Assembly (NCBI RefSeq): GCF_006345805.1
Contig: NC_043009.1
Span: 68,386,001 to 68,450,000 of the forward strand
Length of the DNA: 64,000 nt
Direction: 5' to 3'
Source: Octopus sinensis
Taxonomy: Eukaryota
Below, piece after piece: positions 1 to 13,269 of the stretch; position 1 is the stretch's first letter, and the number at the start of each line of letters is the position of its first letter. The position numbers and the translations under genes were made by a program. The notes under the pieces were generated by a model that was given only the letters and a program-made list of their open reading frames with translations, was not told the origin of the DNA and did no database searches.

Positions 1-21
1 AATGGACGTGATTAAAGAGTC

Positions 22-77
<56 letters not shown>

Positions 78-81
78 GATA

Positions 82-513
82 ATGTGTCGGCATTATAAAA
101 TCAAAACTTCTGACAAATGGTACAAGCACCACCCTGAGGCTGTATCTGAGGGAGAAAATGTAACTATTCTTTGGGATTTCCCAGTATGTACAGATCGAAC
201 AATCAAGACAAATAAACTAGATATTGTTATGAAAGACCAAAACAATAAAATATGTTTATTGATTGACACGAGCAAACCCTGGGACCATAGTATCTCGGCA
301 AAAGAATTTGATAAGCTCAGAAAATATAAAGATTTGCTAATCACTATCGAAAACATATGGTATCTGAAGATGATTGCAGGAGCACTTGGAATGATCAAAC
401 CAGGAAGTGAAAATTATTTAAGAGTGATCCATGGCTTACCATCCTTGCAGGAAGTGCAAAAGAATGTCTTAACTGTTACGTCACACGTATTGAGAAGTGC
501 ATTGTTACTGTGA
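82..513 (+). mobile_element. R4/Dong-like non-LTR retrotransposon, 5'-truncated C-terminal restriction-like endonuclease (RLE) fragment
   Basis: ORF KWYKHHPEAVSEGENVTILWDFPVCTDRTIKTNKLDIV...LLIDTSKP...KEFDKLRKYKDL has the PD-(D/E)xK-type RLE layout. It directly follows (TAA)n at ~21-75, and its 3' part resembles 50400-50645. Confidence 0.85.
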
Positions 514-558
514 ATTTTCTTTCCTTCGTCGCCCTTTATTTTTACTTTTATATATTTT

Positions 559-1097
559 TTAATTTTGTTTTCTGTCTTCCCCTCTGTCCCAAACAATAAT
601 ATCCGGCCTGTTGTGTTTACATTTGACAGAAGTTTTGATGGGAATATTCCACCAGTATTCCTTGAGTTGGTGTTTATGAATGTATTCCATAACAGAGAAA
701 ATTTTAAAGTTTATTTCTTTTTTGCGGATAGCACTGTAAATTGCTTTAGCAACAACATCGTGCCGCATAGGGAGGTAGCCCCGTGACGACATTTTAGGAC
801 AATCACGTGCATAATGTCTTCCACGGAAACATGACACTGCCTACACATGCGGTTGCACTTTGGGATTACAAGAGCGTCACTGTATCTCTTGTTCACCAGG
901 CACTTTGTGGAAGTCTCCTGTTCCTGGACTGCAAATGCATAGCCTTCAAAGAGTGATGTAATACAGTGGTCTTGTGCCCAAGAGAGGCTGCGCTTCGTGT
1001 CAATTCTACTGTCTTTTTCAAGCTTCCGGGCAACATAGCCATGCATAGTCTTTTTGTTTTTGTATGCTGAGTGGTGTCCGTCCAGGTAAGAGAACAT
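559..1097 (-). mobile_element. Second, divergent R4/Dong-like fragment (CCHC knuckle + RLE start), frameshifted
   Basis: Two overlapping ORFs: FEGYAFAVQEQE...CRQCHVSVEDIMHV and CPKMSSRGYLPMRHDVVA...WWNIPIKTSVKCKHNRPDIIVWD. Confidence 0.85.
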
Positions 1098-1230
1098 AGC
1101 TATTTTGGGGCTGTATAGGAGATCATCAGAAAGAGAGTACTTCTTAGAGAGCTCACTGCTAACTCGTACAATGTTATATGTAGTTATGTATGTTTACACT
1201 TTTTATTTAAGCTGAAAAATATTCACAAAT

Positions 1231-1267
1231 TGTTACTCAGAGTTTCACATTACTGTTCGTCGGACAG
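1231..1267 (-). ncRNA. Minimal type-I hammerhead-ribozyme-like motif, variant core CCGACGA
   Basis: Minus strand reads CUGU-CCGACGA-ACA GUAA UGU-GAA-ACU CUG AGU-A-ACA; stems I, II and III all pair. Confidence 0.55.
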
Positions 1268-1470
1268 ATATGATCATAGTACGACTATTATATAGAGGTA
1301 TATGTGTGTGCGCGAGTGTGTGTGCATGTGTGCGTGTGCATGTGTGTGTGTGTTTGTGTGAGCGTGCATGTGTGTGTATATGTGTGTGTGTGAGTGTAAT
1401 AATATAAGTGACACTAATTAAGAGATTCCCAAGAGTGGAGTCGTATATGCAGGATACGAGAGATTTTCGT

Positions 1471-1620
1471 AATCTATATATATAAAACTGAGAATGTGTC
1501 TGTCTGTCTGTCTGTCTGTGAGAATCCCTAAAGCTTGAGAACTACACAACTAATTTCATTCAAATTTTACACATGCCTTACTTAGGGTCCATGTAGTGTC
1601 ATGGGCAAAAAATCTTTAAA
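1471..1620. mobile_element. End of a Helentron/HINE-like non-autonomous element
   Basis: ATCTATATATATAAAA, then (GTCT)n and caactaatttcattcaaattttacac, a typical HINE-type terminus; the other end was not located. Confidence 0.4.
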
Positions 1621-2581
1621 TTTATGATTTGGTGATACCTTTGTTGAAAATGTGAGTTTCTCCCGATGGGAATTAATTCGACTGTATCGTTCTTTTTCCT
1701 ATATCACAAGCATTGTTGTTTTGTACGAATTGCCGTCACAAATTCATCAGATCCAGAACTATGTAGAAAGATAAAGCAGATATTTGCGGCTTCTTAGAAG
1801 AAAGGAAATAAGATTGTATGGCAAACGAAAGATGAATGAAAAAGAAAAGAAAAAGAAAATCGAAGCCACCTGAGAAACCACGAGTATTATTCTCGTGATT
1901 GGTTTACAAAAGCGCTACGTGTTACGGAAAACTCATCACTATTGACAACAGCAAAAATTTTAATGCTGGCTCAATGCACAAGCAAAAACGAGAAGAGAAA
2001 ATAAATATTAATACAAAAACACTGTCTAAAATTTGTCAGAATGTTGAATAAACTTGAAAAGAAATCTTAATCTAGATTTACATAGTTACAGATTAACGTG
2101 CACGCTATGTGCGATTGGAAAGCGTTGGCGAATTAAGACTGCAACAGTGGCGATTCATGCGAAATTAACTGTTGCAAGTATTTTGTATCATTATTATTGA
2201 GTAGATAACGAGACTTAGACACAGACTTATACAGAAACATATGGGAAATACAGAATGACTGCATACACGAACACACACGCTTATATATATATATGTGTGT
2301 GTGTGTGTGGTGTGTGTGTGTGTGTGTGTGTGTGTGTTTATATATAAGCGTGTAGTTTTGGGAATGGTGACTCTGGAAGCAGGCAAAACTATAAATAATA
2401 GTATGTAAATATCGATTTTAAACCCCAATACTTACATAGTATTATTTATAACTTTGCCTGCTTCGAGACTCACTGTTCCTCAAAAAATTATCTCACGTTC
2501 TAGAAGTTTCTAAATTCCTATGACGTCAACAATATGCGTGTGTGTATTCATATATGTATGTGTGTGTATGTATGTATGTAG

Positions 2582-2880
2582 GTGTTTGCACGAGCAGTGG
2601 GAATTACCAAGGAAAGAGGTACCAATACATTAAATATTCTAATTTACATCGCAACACACAATCCAAGAAATGCAAGAATATACAGTAGTATCTACCAAAA
2701 GGTTCCCGGTCATGAAAATAGAGCAAAGAATCAGAAAATTCCTCGAAACTTTCGAAATACAAATAAAAGACAAGCAAATTCCCTAATGAAATGACTTACC
2801 AGTGCCAAATTACTTACTGAAGATCCTGAATCAAATTTATAGAAATTCAAATCAGGACATGTCATCCCTGTAAAATGTTT
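2582..2880 (+). mobile_element. Penelope-like element fragment (linker upstream of GIY-YIG)
   Basis: Translation YIATHNPRNARIY...NKRQANSL.K.LTSAK...FKSGHVIPVKC matches the PLE linker motifs THNPRN and KRQPxxL. Confidence 0.6.
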
Positions 2881-4599
2881 TTGTTCGTTAAAAAAATGAA
2901 TTTATGTTATATTGTTTTGTTGCAGTATCTGAACAATTAGATGTGTTTTGTGTAAACTGCTTCTAACGAATTTTCGACAAATCCGTCGTAAAACTTCTTC
3001 CGTATCATAAATATCTTCTTCATCAGTTTTATGCAACTACTTCTTCAACAACTGTTTATAGTTAAGTAGATAATTAACTTTATCTACCCTTACATTCATT
3101 ATGTGATTGTGTCATATTTCTGGGTAATTTTATGGTTGGAAATTTGGACCACTTAAACCCCTATAGCGAGCAACCTATACAGGGTAACGACATGAATTGT
3201 AGTATCTATGACACGCAAGTGGAACATTCCAATGTAAGAAATCACCTTGTTTTAATTGTTTGTTTTATTTTCTTTTTGTTTTTGTTTAGTGATTATGAGA
3301 AACCACTTCGTGTAAATTCTCTCTTATTCTATTGTAGTTCGTCGTTAAATTTCTCTTCTTTTTTTCAGATGATTAATTGCTGACTCGTTTACTGATATTG
3401 TTTATGGCGTTCTTTATAACTGTAAGAAAAAGAGAAGAACATTTATGAAAGTACATTTTTCGTCATATGGTTTACCGTTTGCATAATATTTGCCGGTTGC
3501 CAGGTTTGGTGTTCCATATGAGACGTTTATAATATTCGAGGTATTGTTTATCGTAAAGTCTACATCAAATTACATAAATTAATTAACTAACATTTCGGGC
3601 GAAGGACCCCGAGGGTCCTATTTTGTTTTAGCGGAGGTGCTCCAGCATGGCCGCGGCCTTCGGGCTGAAACATTTTTGAGGATTTTAAGGATTTAACATT
3701 TTTATACTTTTGTCTATGTAATGCGTGTTCATATTATGAGATATGGCGAATTTCTTGTTACTGTATATCCCAATTTTACTGGCTCTCATTCTATTTGTAA
3801 AGGTGTTTGGTATGGTTAGAACGCCGTCATCTGATATCTTCGTAAGGTATTGGCAACTCGAAAATACTTCGAAAATTTCAGTTTCGTTCCATTTTTAATA
3901 CAGAAGGAATTATATTAAAATAATTATGTCGATAAAATTTCGTCTGGTCGTTTATTATTCTGTATGTGGTCGGGCAAGATTTTTATATGCAACTGTTATT
4001 TTTGTTCAATAATAACCTACTTTGTGCATGTTATGTTCATATACGTTTTTCACCTTACCTGCTAGCGAGAATGTATTGGTGAGTTGTTTTAAGAAGTAAC
4101 AACCGTACTTTAACTCATTTTGAAAACTTCAACTATGATTGACAAATCACACTTTTAAGTTTAATTAAATCCTTTTCAAAGCTTTACTGGTATATCTGTT
4201 ATGTTAGCCTCTAGCTGGGTCTCACCAGCAGCAGCAGCAGATACAGAACAATGCTATCAATAAAACTCTATAGGAACCATCTACCACGGAGCAAATTATT
4301 TAGGCGCTGGCTACCTCTCACATTCAATACATTATGGGCGATTTTAGTTTAAATGAATTGCCGAAACATTTTCCATGATTATTAGCGGCAGCTCTATCAT
4401 AGGATATTTGTTGTAGCTTTCGAAAGACATCCATTTCGATAGAGATAAAATTTGCACATTTGCAAACAAAAATCCTATAATGACATACAACTATGAGGAT
4501 TACCCCAAAATTAACTTTAATACATGGACGATTTTCACAAAAACATAAAATAACGGAAAATATTCTTATGATTGGCACATCATTCAGTGTGTCTTGTAC

Positions 4600-6176
4600 C
4601 TGATACCAACTCGGAAGCTGTTAAAATCTCTGGCTGTACATCTATCAACAAAAGTCACCTTTCTTACGATATGAAACGCATTGGTGAAGTTTTAATAGTT
4701 ACATCAACCAGCTGAAGCCAGATTCAACAAGACAAACAGGAAAATATACGAGATACAACGTTATTCTCTTCTAAAGAATTGGAACCTTCTCAACATCTGC
4801 ACTACTTTTCCATAAATAATGTTTGCAATACTTGAATCTGGATTAATCTGTTCCATCAGCTTGTAACTCATTGAGGCTTTCCTGTACTTTAATGTCTACA
4901 TCAGCTGCTTTTATCCCGAATGGATCCATCACCCAATTTTAGGATACAAGACGTTGAACAGAACTTTCTTATCAGTAAATAAATGCTTCAAATGTTCGAC
5001 ATACGCAGAAACATTATCATTTTACAGCTCAGTGTCAATGAAGGGGCCATGGCGAGAAACGACACAAAACTATGTCGTTTTATAAACTCTGAATGGTTAT
5101 ACATAAAAGCGGTAATAGCCTCTTTGTGAGGGAGATAAATTACACTTTATCCCTGTAACTGTTTATTCAGTAAAATAAGCTTTTAAAATACATCTAAGAG
5201 TTTAAATATGTCTCATCTGGTGGCCACCAGCTGGACACCAAGCTGATAACTATTCAAAATTGATACAATACTGTCCTAAAAGGTCACAAAACCACGAAGA
5301 CAATCATCTGTTGTTTGTCATTTTCCTCTCAAATAATCACTAGGTATTCAGGGCTTTCCATTTTTTTTGTATCATAGTATTTACGGAAAAGATTTTAAAG
5401 TATATTTTATCTGGTGAGGTCGATGTATTTTAATACAATGAAACAGCAACTTACAAATATCATTCCAGTTATTCATAGATGCTTTTTTATATAATAAGTA
5501 ATGAAACCGTTGTATCTACCATCGAGGTAGTATCCGCAGTAGCACAAGCGATAGACGTCGCTACCTGTACAGTTTATAGACACAACCTGTTTGCGTCGTC
5601 ATGCGCAAGGCCGTCACTCTGCTAATGGAATATTAGCTTCTTTGAAGTAAGTCTCGACTTCTTTTAAAACTGTTATACCTTTGATTTGTGCTGTAAAGCT
5701 TAGGACGAAAAAAATTATTCTTTTGTCTTGTATATGATTACCCCCAGAAATCTAACATACGCAACCGGAAGTACTTCTGTAACCCTTAAAATATATTCAT
5801 TGATTTGCATAGGTAATTGCTTGACGAGAAATTAACGCAATTAGTTTTCCACATGCGAAGCTATTTAATGAAAGAACTGAAGAGGAAAGCACAGAAGGGA
5901 CAACCTTGACGATTTTCTGTGCAGTCTGCATCGTGAATGCTGAAGTTGCGAAAAGCTTTGACAAATAAAAATAAAGTCTCATAACTATTTTTGTAGCTTG
6001 CGAGTAAACAGCTGTCTGTTTTAGATACTTCCTTACGCAATATTTGTTTGTGTTTACCGTATCATCTGACACAGTATCGTCTGACACAATCGAATATAAT
6101 TTATTCCCAAATTCTCTGGGCCCCGATCATGTGAACTCCTAAAAATATCATTTCACCCCAAGTTGAGAATCCCAGT
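4600..6176 (-). mobile_element. Decayed hAT (Charlie/TcBuster-like) transposase with putative 5' TIR
   Basis: Minus-strand remnants AYVRF, IACAT, LNKQLQG, KEAITAF, MDPF...ESLNELQAD, YFPVCLVESGFS. The minus strand at ~6176 starts ctgggattctcaacttgggg, which resembles a hAT TIR. Confidence 0.75.
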
Positions 6177-7774
6177 AATTGTTAATGCACGATCTAAGAG
6201 AAGAGCCTCTCCATGGCTGCTTTATTGCAAAAAATAGCAATCAAATCTCCGTCAAATGACACATGGAAGAAGGCACAGCATAATTCATAGGTACATTGAG
6301 CATTATTACTTTTGGTGGAAGCTCTAGGTTTGTCGCTTTATATTCTCAGAACAAGTGGAAACAGAATTAAAACACCTTTAATTATAAAAGGGTCGGAGTA
6401 ACGCGATTTAATAAGTGACGAGAAATCGATAGTTGTAAAGTAAACCTGAATAAATTGAATTGACTTCACTTGTATTGTGCTGTGTATTGAGCTTGTAATG
6501 AAGCAGCATTCAGTGTTGATGGTTACCGATAGGTCTTTTTTTTTTATATTTCTCTGTTTAAAGAAATCGAAAGCCGTTTGCGTAATTTCAATTACAAACA
6601 TTTACAAGAAAAAAGTCAATGTTTGTATAACTGAACAATTTTCTCGGTGGTCCATGTAGATAAACATTGGTGTACCAGCAAAAAAAAAGCATTCAGTTAG
6701 CGTTAATATACTGAACACATGTTTTAGTGGAATTTTAACTAGAAATAAGAAAAAAATATTAAAATTACTTCTTTTTTTTTAATGGTTAATCTAATCAGAT
6801 ATCTGGATTTTAGTTTTAAATTTCATATTTCTATAGTCATAGAGCGGACAGCATTTTCGTTTATATTTGAAAACGACATTCAATTAAATATAACTTAATA
6901 AAGCCGCATTAAAGAAATTTTTATTGAATTTACTGGAAAATGTAATTAAATTTATTGCGGAAATGTAAAGAGAAATATTAAACTAAGAAAACTTTAAAAT
7001 TGACCTTTTAAGGAACTTTTTTTTTTTTTGAAGAAATTTATAACACGCCGTTTTTTTACTAGCAATTTTTATTTGTTTTCTGTTTTTGTTTTGTTTTCTC
7101 ATACAAAATCAGGTTCTCATATAGATGCTCGCATTCACAGGAGTAAAGGGCCACAGAACCTCCCCGTGCTTTTCAATCTCATCTATTCAGATGTATTTTA
7201 GTTCACTTTCAACATTAATTCTCTTGAGAAAATTATGAATATTTGCTTGAAATATTTTATGGTTTCATATTTCGTATTGTAAAATCTATGCTAATTATCC
7301 TCAATAATTTTTCATTTTAGATTTTAAACTCAATCAATGAGAGTTTTTTTTCTCTTAATCTCTTGGTTAGTCTCCGAGAATTGGAGTTCATTAGGTCAAT
7401 ATATTCACATGTTTAACACGGCGAACAGACAGAATCCTTTGCACACCAGGCAAAATGCTTGGCAGCATTTCGTCGGTTGGGAGTTGAAAGTGCGCGGGTG
7501 TCGACATTTGTTTTTCATCCTGTCGAGATCGATTAAATATGTGCCATTCGATTACTGGAGTCGATTAAATCGACTTATTCCCTCCAACGAAATTTCTAGT
7601 CTTGTGCCAAAATTTGAAGCAAACATGTTTACATATTTAAAAGCAGAGGAAGTTTGTATATAACAAGGCAGAACAGAGTCTTGAAATATTGTCTCTTTGT
7701 CTTAGTGTTGAGATTCACCAACAGTATCACTACATCAAATAGAATTTTGACTAAAGATATATAGTAAATAAAAA

Positions 7775-8162
7775 AAACAAGAACAAACACAAGAAAACAC
7801 TAACGCGAGGACGTGGTACATGCAAAGTATAAACAGAGACTCGGGGTAGGAAAGAAAGGTGGCCTTACGTTTCGAGCAAAGCTCTTCGTCAGAAACAGAA
7901 GACGGAGGAAAGTACAAGAGGAAAGGAAGGTGGAGGAAAAAAATCGCCGATCCACATGTAGTTATAAGGAGAGTGTACGAAAAAAAAAGACGAAGGCAGG
8001 TGGTGTACAAAACAAACATAAGTATTAGTATAACGCTCAGGAATAGAAAAAGTCTTTTACGTTTCCAGCCTACGCTCTTCTACAGAAAGGGACACAGAAA
8101 AAAAAAACAAGGAGAGAAACAAGGAGAGAAAAAAGTGTGTGTAGTGGCTAATGATCTATCAT
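7775..8162 (-). mobile_element. Composite non-coding interspersed repeat with two hammerhead-like motifs (Penelope pLTR-like)
   Basis: 7775-7950 is an inverted homologue of ~13270-13455 and 7985-8162 is homologous to 62960-63133. Hammerhead-like folds at 7862-7896 and 8054-8089. Confidence 0.55.
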
Positions 8163-8289
8163 TGAGAAAAAAAGGCAGCCAGAATTTTGAAAAAATCTTT
8201 TAATTTCGTCATTATTATTAGTGCTTTCGTTCGTTTCTCGGACTTGTCAAATAGAATTTTGTGAATGAAAAAACGATGTTTGCAAAAGG

Positions 8290-8550
8290 GACATGAATGC
8301 CTGCAACATCAATATTACCAACTGGGAAGCAGTTGCCAGCAACCGTGGAGATTGGTGACGTACCCTAAAAGAGGGAACACGAAGAGTGACATAGAGAGGA
8401 GGGGAGAAATGGAAAGACAATAAAAACGTCAACAAGAAAGTATGACATTACAACCAACCAGGCAAAGTCTTCGCTACATTTGCGGCACCTGCTTGAGGGA
8501 GTGTTTGTCCAGGATAGAACTACACAGCCACAGCAGGAGATGTATTAGGA
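8290..8550 (+). mobile_element. RTE-clade LINE 3' fragment
   Basis: CNINITNWEAVASNRGDW..TLKEG...YICGTCLRECLSRIELHSHSRRC is the RTE/BovB C-terminus. Confidence 0.75.
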
Positions 8551-8896
8551 CATGAAATGTAAAAGCCGGACTAGATTATTTTATGCGCAACTCCATTGTC
8601 TCCCGAGACAAAAAGGATGCCAACAACAATATATATGGATTTCGTAGACAGGAACTGAAACAAATCAATCGTATATATATGTATGTATATATGTAAGTGT
8701 ATGTGTGTGTCTTTGTGTCTGTGTTTCGCCCTCATCACTGCTTCACAACTGCTGTTCATTTATTTACATCCACTTAACTTACTTGTTTCACAAGAACAAA
8801 CTAATAGAATAAGTACCAGGCTTATCAACATAAAAAGCACTAGGCCGTGTTTCATATTTTTTTTTGCCCACTCAGTTGTATCAATCAATTTATCTT

Positions 8897-8939
<43 letters not shown>

Positions 8940-10256
8940 TGTGTGTGTGTGTGTGTGCGTGTGTGTGTGTATAAAACACCCTAATGGGAGCCTTAACTCC
9001 CAAATTTTAGTCATTTCTTCTATGATCCAAAACTAGGTCAAAAGTACTGAATGGATCTTTAGGAAATTTGGAAATTATATTCTATGCATAAGGGCCACAA
9101 CGCCTATGATAATTCATATATTTTTGCTGTTGAGGAAATTTTAACCATAGATATTAGATACAAATGAAGTAATATTTATAAAATGTTATCTTCTTACAAG
9201 TTATAAAGACCCCTCCATGGGGACTTAACACCCACAATTTTGTCATGTTATCAAAGCAAAAACAAATACAGTTGTGCTCTTGGAAGCTGTAGGGTTACCC
9301 GAGCATAAAAGTTGAGCATTATTTCTAATTCAATGGTACAACAATGTAACAGTTTGCTTTGACATACACTTACATTGTGATTTCTGCAATGTGCTGCATA
9401 AATTGTCAAGTAAATGAGAAGCATCTTTGCCTCCACTGATTCAGTTGCAAAGTGTTGAGTAAAGTTATTTGATAGCAGACCTCCTTTCAGTATTTTTATT
9501 ATCACTGGGTCACACATAGTCCCCAGATGGTAATATTTATTGCAAGGCCTTCCCAGATGGGTGACTGGTTATTCAAAGACATTTATAGATTGTAAATTTA
9601 TTCTGTCCAGTTACATATCAGTATAGTGGTCATTTGCAAACTCCAACTTTCATTTCTCCTTAGCCCTCACGTCACACAGTTGTTAATGTTTATTTCAGTT
9701 GGGTCACGCCCTTCCAATTGCTATAGATTCGTAATGTATCTTATTACTGTGCTTGTCACCTGGGTGGTGAGGAATCCTACATTGGGAGTGGTAACGACTA
9801 GGGTAGTATAACTGACTGCTTATTGTGATCATTCGTCTTTTGGTTTCCTGTAGCTTTACTCTCTTTTACAAACCCAGTGAACATATATTTCCTATTTCAA
9901 AGAAATTCAAACAATAGATATAAGACCCAAGTTAAAAAGATTCTCAACAATTCAACTTCTCTGGTTGACATTAAGATGCCCACCCCCAACAGGGACGTTA
10001 ACTCTCACATTTTAGGACTCCATGACCTTCATTTTTAGGAGCAAAATCTTTTTAACAGGTTCAATAAAACTGGAATCTTGGAATATGCGCATAAAAATCA
10101 GTAGTATGGGATATATGTGGCACGATTACAATTTTTTTAGGGTGTGTAAAGAGGGAAATAACCCTCATCTGCAATTTTGATGAAATTCGAAACATAGATA
10201 TTCCAGTTCATTAGAGAAAATATAACAGAAAAGTCTAATTCTTCAATTGTATGTAA

Positions 10257-10285
10257 CACGGGCAAAGCCGGGTATCTCTGCTAGT
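10257..10285 (+). mobile_element. Helitron/HINE-like terminal hairpin + CTAGT
   Basis: cacgggcaaagccgggtatctctgctagt. Confidence 0.4.
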
Positions 10286-10429
10286 ATATATGCACAAAAT
10301 ATAAATTAGAGATAAAACCATTATTATGCAACTCAAACAGTGATAGACATAAGCCAATACATAAATAACCAATTACTCCCTATTATTATTATTATCATCG
10401 TTATTATTATTATAATATATATATATAGT

Positions 10430-10715
10430 GATATCCCGTGATCACGTGACCGACCAGGCTATCAGATGTCGCTACACATCGCTGGTCACAATGTGCTTCA
10501 AATGACGTCATCCCGCTAGCTAAGCGAGCAGGCCAACAGAAGAAAGAGTGAGAGAAAGTTGAGGCGAAAGAGTACAGTAGGGATCGCCACCACCCCCTGC
10601 CGGAGCCTCGTGGAGCTTTAGGTGTTTTCGCTCAATAAACACTCACAACGCCCGGCCTGGGAATCGAAACCGCGTTCTTACGACCGCGAGTCTGCTGCCC
10701 TAACCACTGGGCCAT
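10430..10715 (-). mobile_element. tRNA-derived SINE, family 3
   Basis: Minus-strand head atggcccagtggttagggcagcagactcgcggtcgtaagaacgcggtttcgattccc has A/B boxes; homologous to 48436-48690 and the head at ~17105-17160. Confidence 0.75.
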
Positions 10716-11883
10716 ATATATATATATATATATATTTATTTATTCATTTATTTGTTTATTTATATATCTTGAAAAACAGTCTAATTATTGATGACTGGTG
10801 TATTAATTCATGCTTGCAACGTGACAAGAAGTTTTATTTTGACAGGTGGAACCTGAACAGATGTCTTCAAATTGTTTCATATCTGCACTACACAATACAG
10901 ATGAAACTACTCAACACATAACAATAAAGCATGCAGATGCCCATAGGCACACATTGATACAAAAATGCATAAATACATACGCGGATATATACAAGTTTTT
11001 ATATTCCTATTAATACGACCATCAAGCACAGGAGCGAAAATGGTACGATCGCAGATTTCGAAGCGTCAAAGAAGCTTGGCTTGTAACTAGAACTCATTAA
11101 TAGGAAACAAGGCTAATTCAAAAAGCAAGTTTTAGTTCATATTTTTACTCTCTTTATTTCACACACATACAACAACAGCAACACACACACATACAACAAC
11201 AGCAACACACACACATACACACATACAACAGCGGCAACACACACACGTCAAAATTCTTCATAATTCTTATTCTTCCTTTGATATAGATTTCGTTAACTAC
11301 AACAGATGGGAAACTGTGTTTAAAGTGAGAGGAATTATTATCAAAATTCCTGAGCCATTTACATCGTCACTAACAAGGTTCTAATTGCCCTGGTACGGTA
11401 CCAGTTGTCAATAAGAAATGTTTACATAAACACAAAATATGTTTGACTTTACTAAAAATCGGCCGCACCAAGAATAACAAGAGAAACTGCAAACGGCGCA
11501 GCGTAATAATGGCAACAACCAAACGACCGGTGCACAGTCGTCTTTGTAAGAAAAATCCAAGAGGAGGATGTGAATTATGCTTAAGAAATTAAAATTACAT
11601 GTTTGGTTTTTGGTGGGGAGGGGTTCTTTTGTTGATTTATTGTTGTTGATGGTGTTTTTCTTGGTTCTTATCAACAGATTTTTAATACACCAGTTTGCGT
11701 CATATATAATGACATGTGTGTGTGTGCGGGCGGGCGCCCGTATGTATGCATGTATTAATAGTTTGAATAATAAATTTACATTGCAGAAAGTTTCAGGGAC
11801 GTAATGCCACATGTGAAACTTGGGTTGGAGGAGTTTTTAGACACAAATCATTACAATTATTTAATCTCGATGCTACATGTGGA

Positions 11884-11947
<64 letters not shown>

Positions 11948-11980
11948 CTTTATTTAAAAGCAGCAGAAATATTACAAAAG

Positions 11981-12017
11981 CTGTTACTCAGAGTTTCACG
12001 ATCCCGTTCGTCGAACA
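11981..12017 (-). ncRNA. Hammerhead-like motif, second copy of the 1231-1267 family
   Basis: UGU-UCGACGA-ACG GGAU CGU-GAA-ACU CUG AGU-A-ACAG. Confidence 0.5.
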
Positions 12018-12084
12018 ATTTCGTTAAATATTTTTAACAGAACCTTGTTTCACATTTATATCCTTACTCGGTATATATATTATA

Positions 12085-12900
12085 TACACATGTGTTCAAA
12101 AAAACTGTATGCACATTGAATGATTATAAAATTAGTATTTGTTAATATATATTTCATTTTAAATATTTAATAGAACCTATTACGGACAGGATTTTATTGT
12201 TTTCGGGATGCCTGTTTTCAGGCAGATGACTGTTCTTTTGAAGGCGCTGTTGATGATGCTTGCTAACGGAATCGCAAATAACAAAAAAATATTTTGTTTG
12301 GTATTCATGTGCATTTTCGTTCAATGGTTTTCCTCAATTCGTTGATTGTTTGCCGGATTTCTACCGTAAACTTACTTTTAAGTATCCCCATAAAAAGTCT
12401 AGTGAACGCGGAGGATATTCTACTTAATTTCGTTTGAGCACTTAATTTCGGTCGGCAAAAGTTCATCAAGGTAGGCCCCTACATTACTATGGTATGTTGG
12501 GTGCCCCCTCTTGATAAAAATGATTCCATTTCTTCCAAGTCCTTTTCAATGCTTGACACGGCGGATTATCCAAGCAAATTCAAGTAAATGGAACCAGTCA
12601 CAGTACCATCAAAAAAGAACGGTCAAAACAATCCTTTTGATGATAAACCGCACCGTATTGTAAATCCTGGAAACTTAACATGATGTTCCTCCGTAATATG
12701 CCGAATCTCAGATCCCCAACGAGTGCAATTGTAACGGTTGAGCCATTTTATTTAAATGTAGCCTCACCATTCCAATCAACCTTTGTTGGAAAATGTGTAT
12801 CTTCTCTACATCCTGCCAAGTACCACATGCAGAACTTCGCTCTTCAGCGCGGATCATCTCCAATTATAGCATCAACTATTCTTGAAATATAATTCTTTCC
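12085..12900 (-). mobile_element. Decayed Tc1/mariner-superfamily transposase with TIR remnant
   Basis: Remnants GDDP...FC.WYL...WNGEATF, CGLSSKG..PFFDGTVTG, QEGAP.YH, YPPRS.DFLWGYLK.K; TIR-like sequence near 12088 resembles the MITE at 36600. Confidence 0.8.
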
Positions 12901-13106
12901 AAGACTGCACTCCCGAGTGCGATGGAAATAACCCAGAACCACATAGCTTTCATGTGAAATTCGTAAATCCACACCAATTCTTGTGTCTATAAGTGCATGA
13001 TGTACGTGTGTGTGTGCACGTGTGTATACATGGATATTTGGAGTAGTCTTTCTTCCAGCATTATAAGCATATATACGAGTATTTGCACATATGTGTATGA
13101 ATATGT

Positions 13107-13188
<82 letters not shown>

Positions 13189-13269
13189 TCTGTGTGTGTG
13201 TGTGCTTGTGAGTGCGTGTTTGTTTGAATTTATATGTATATATATATATATATAAATGTGACCTCATGT

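Noticed and set aside
6340-6660. Possible Tc1 N-terminal HTH remnant on the minus strand
   Set aside because: Weak resemblance only, with no catalytic motifs nearby.
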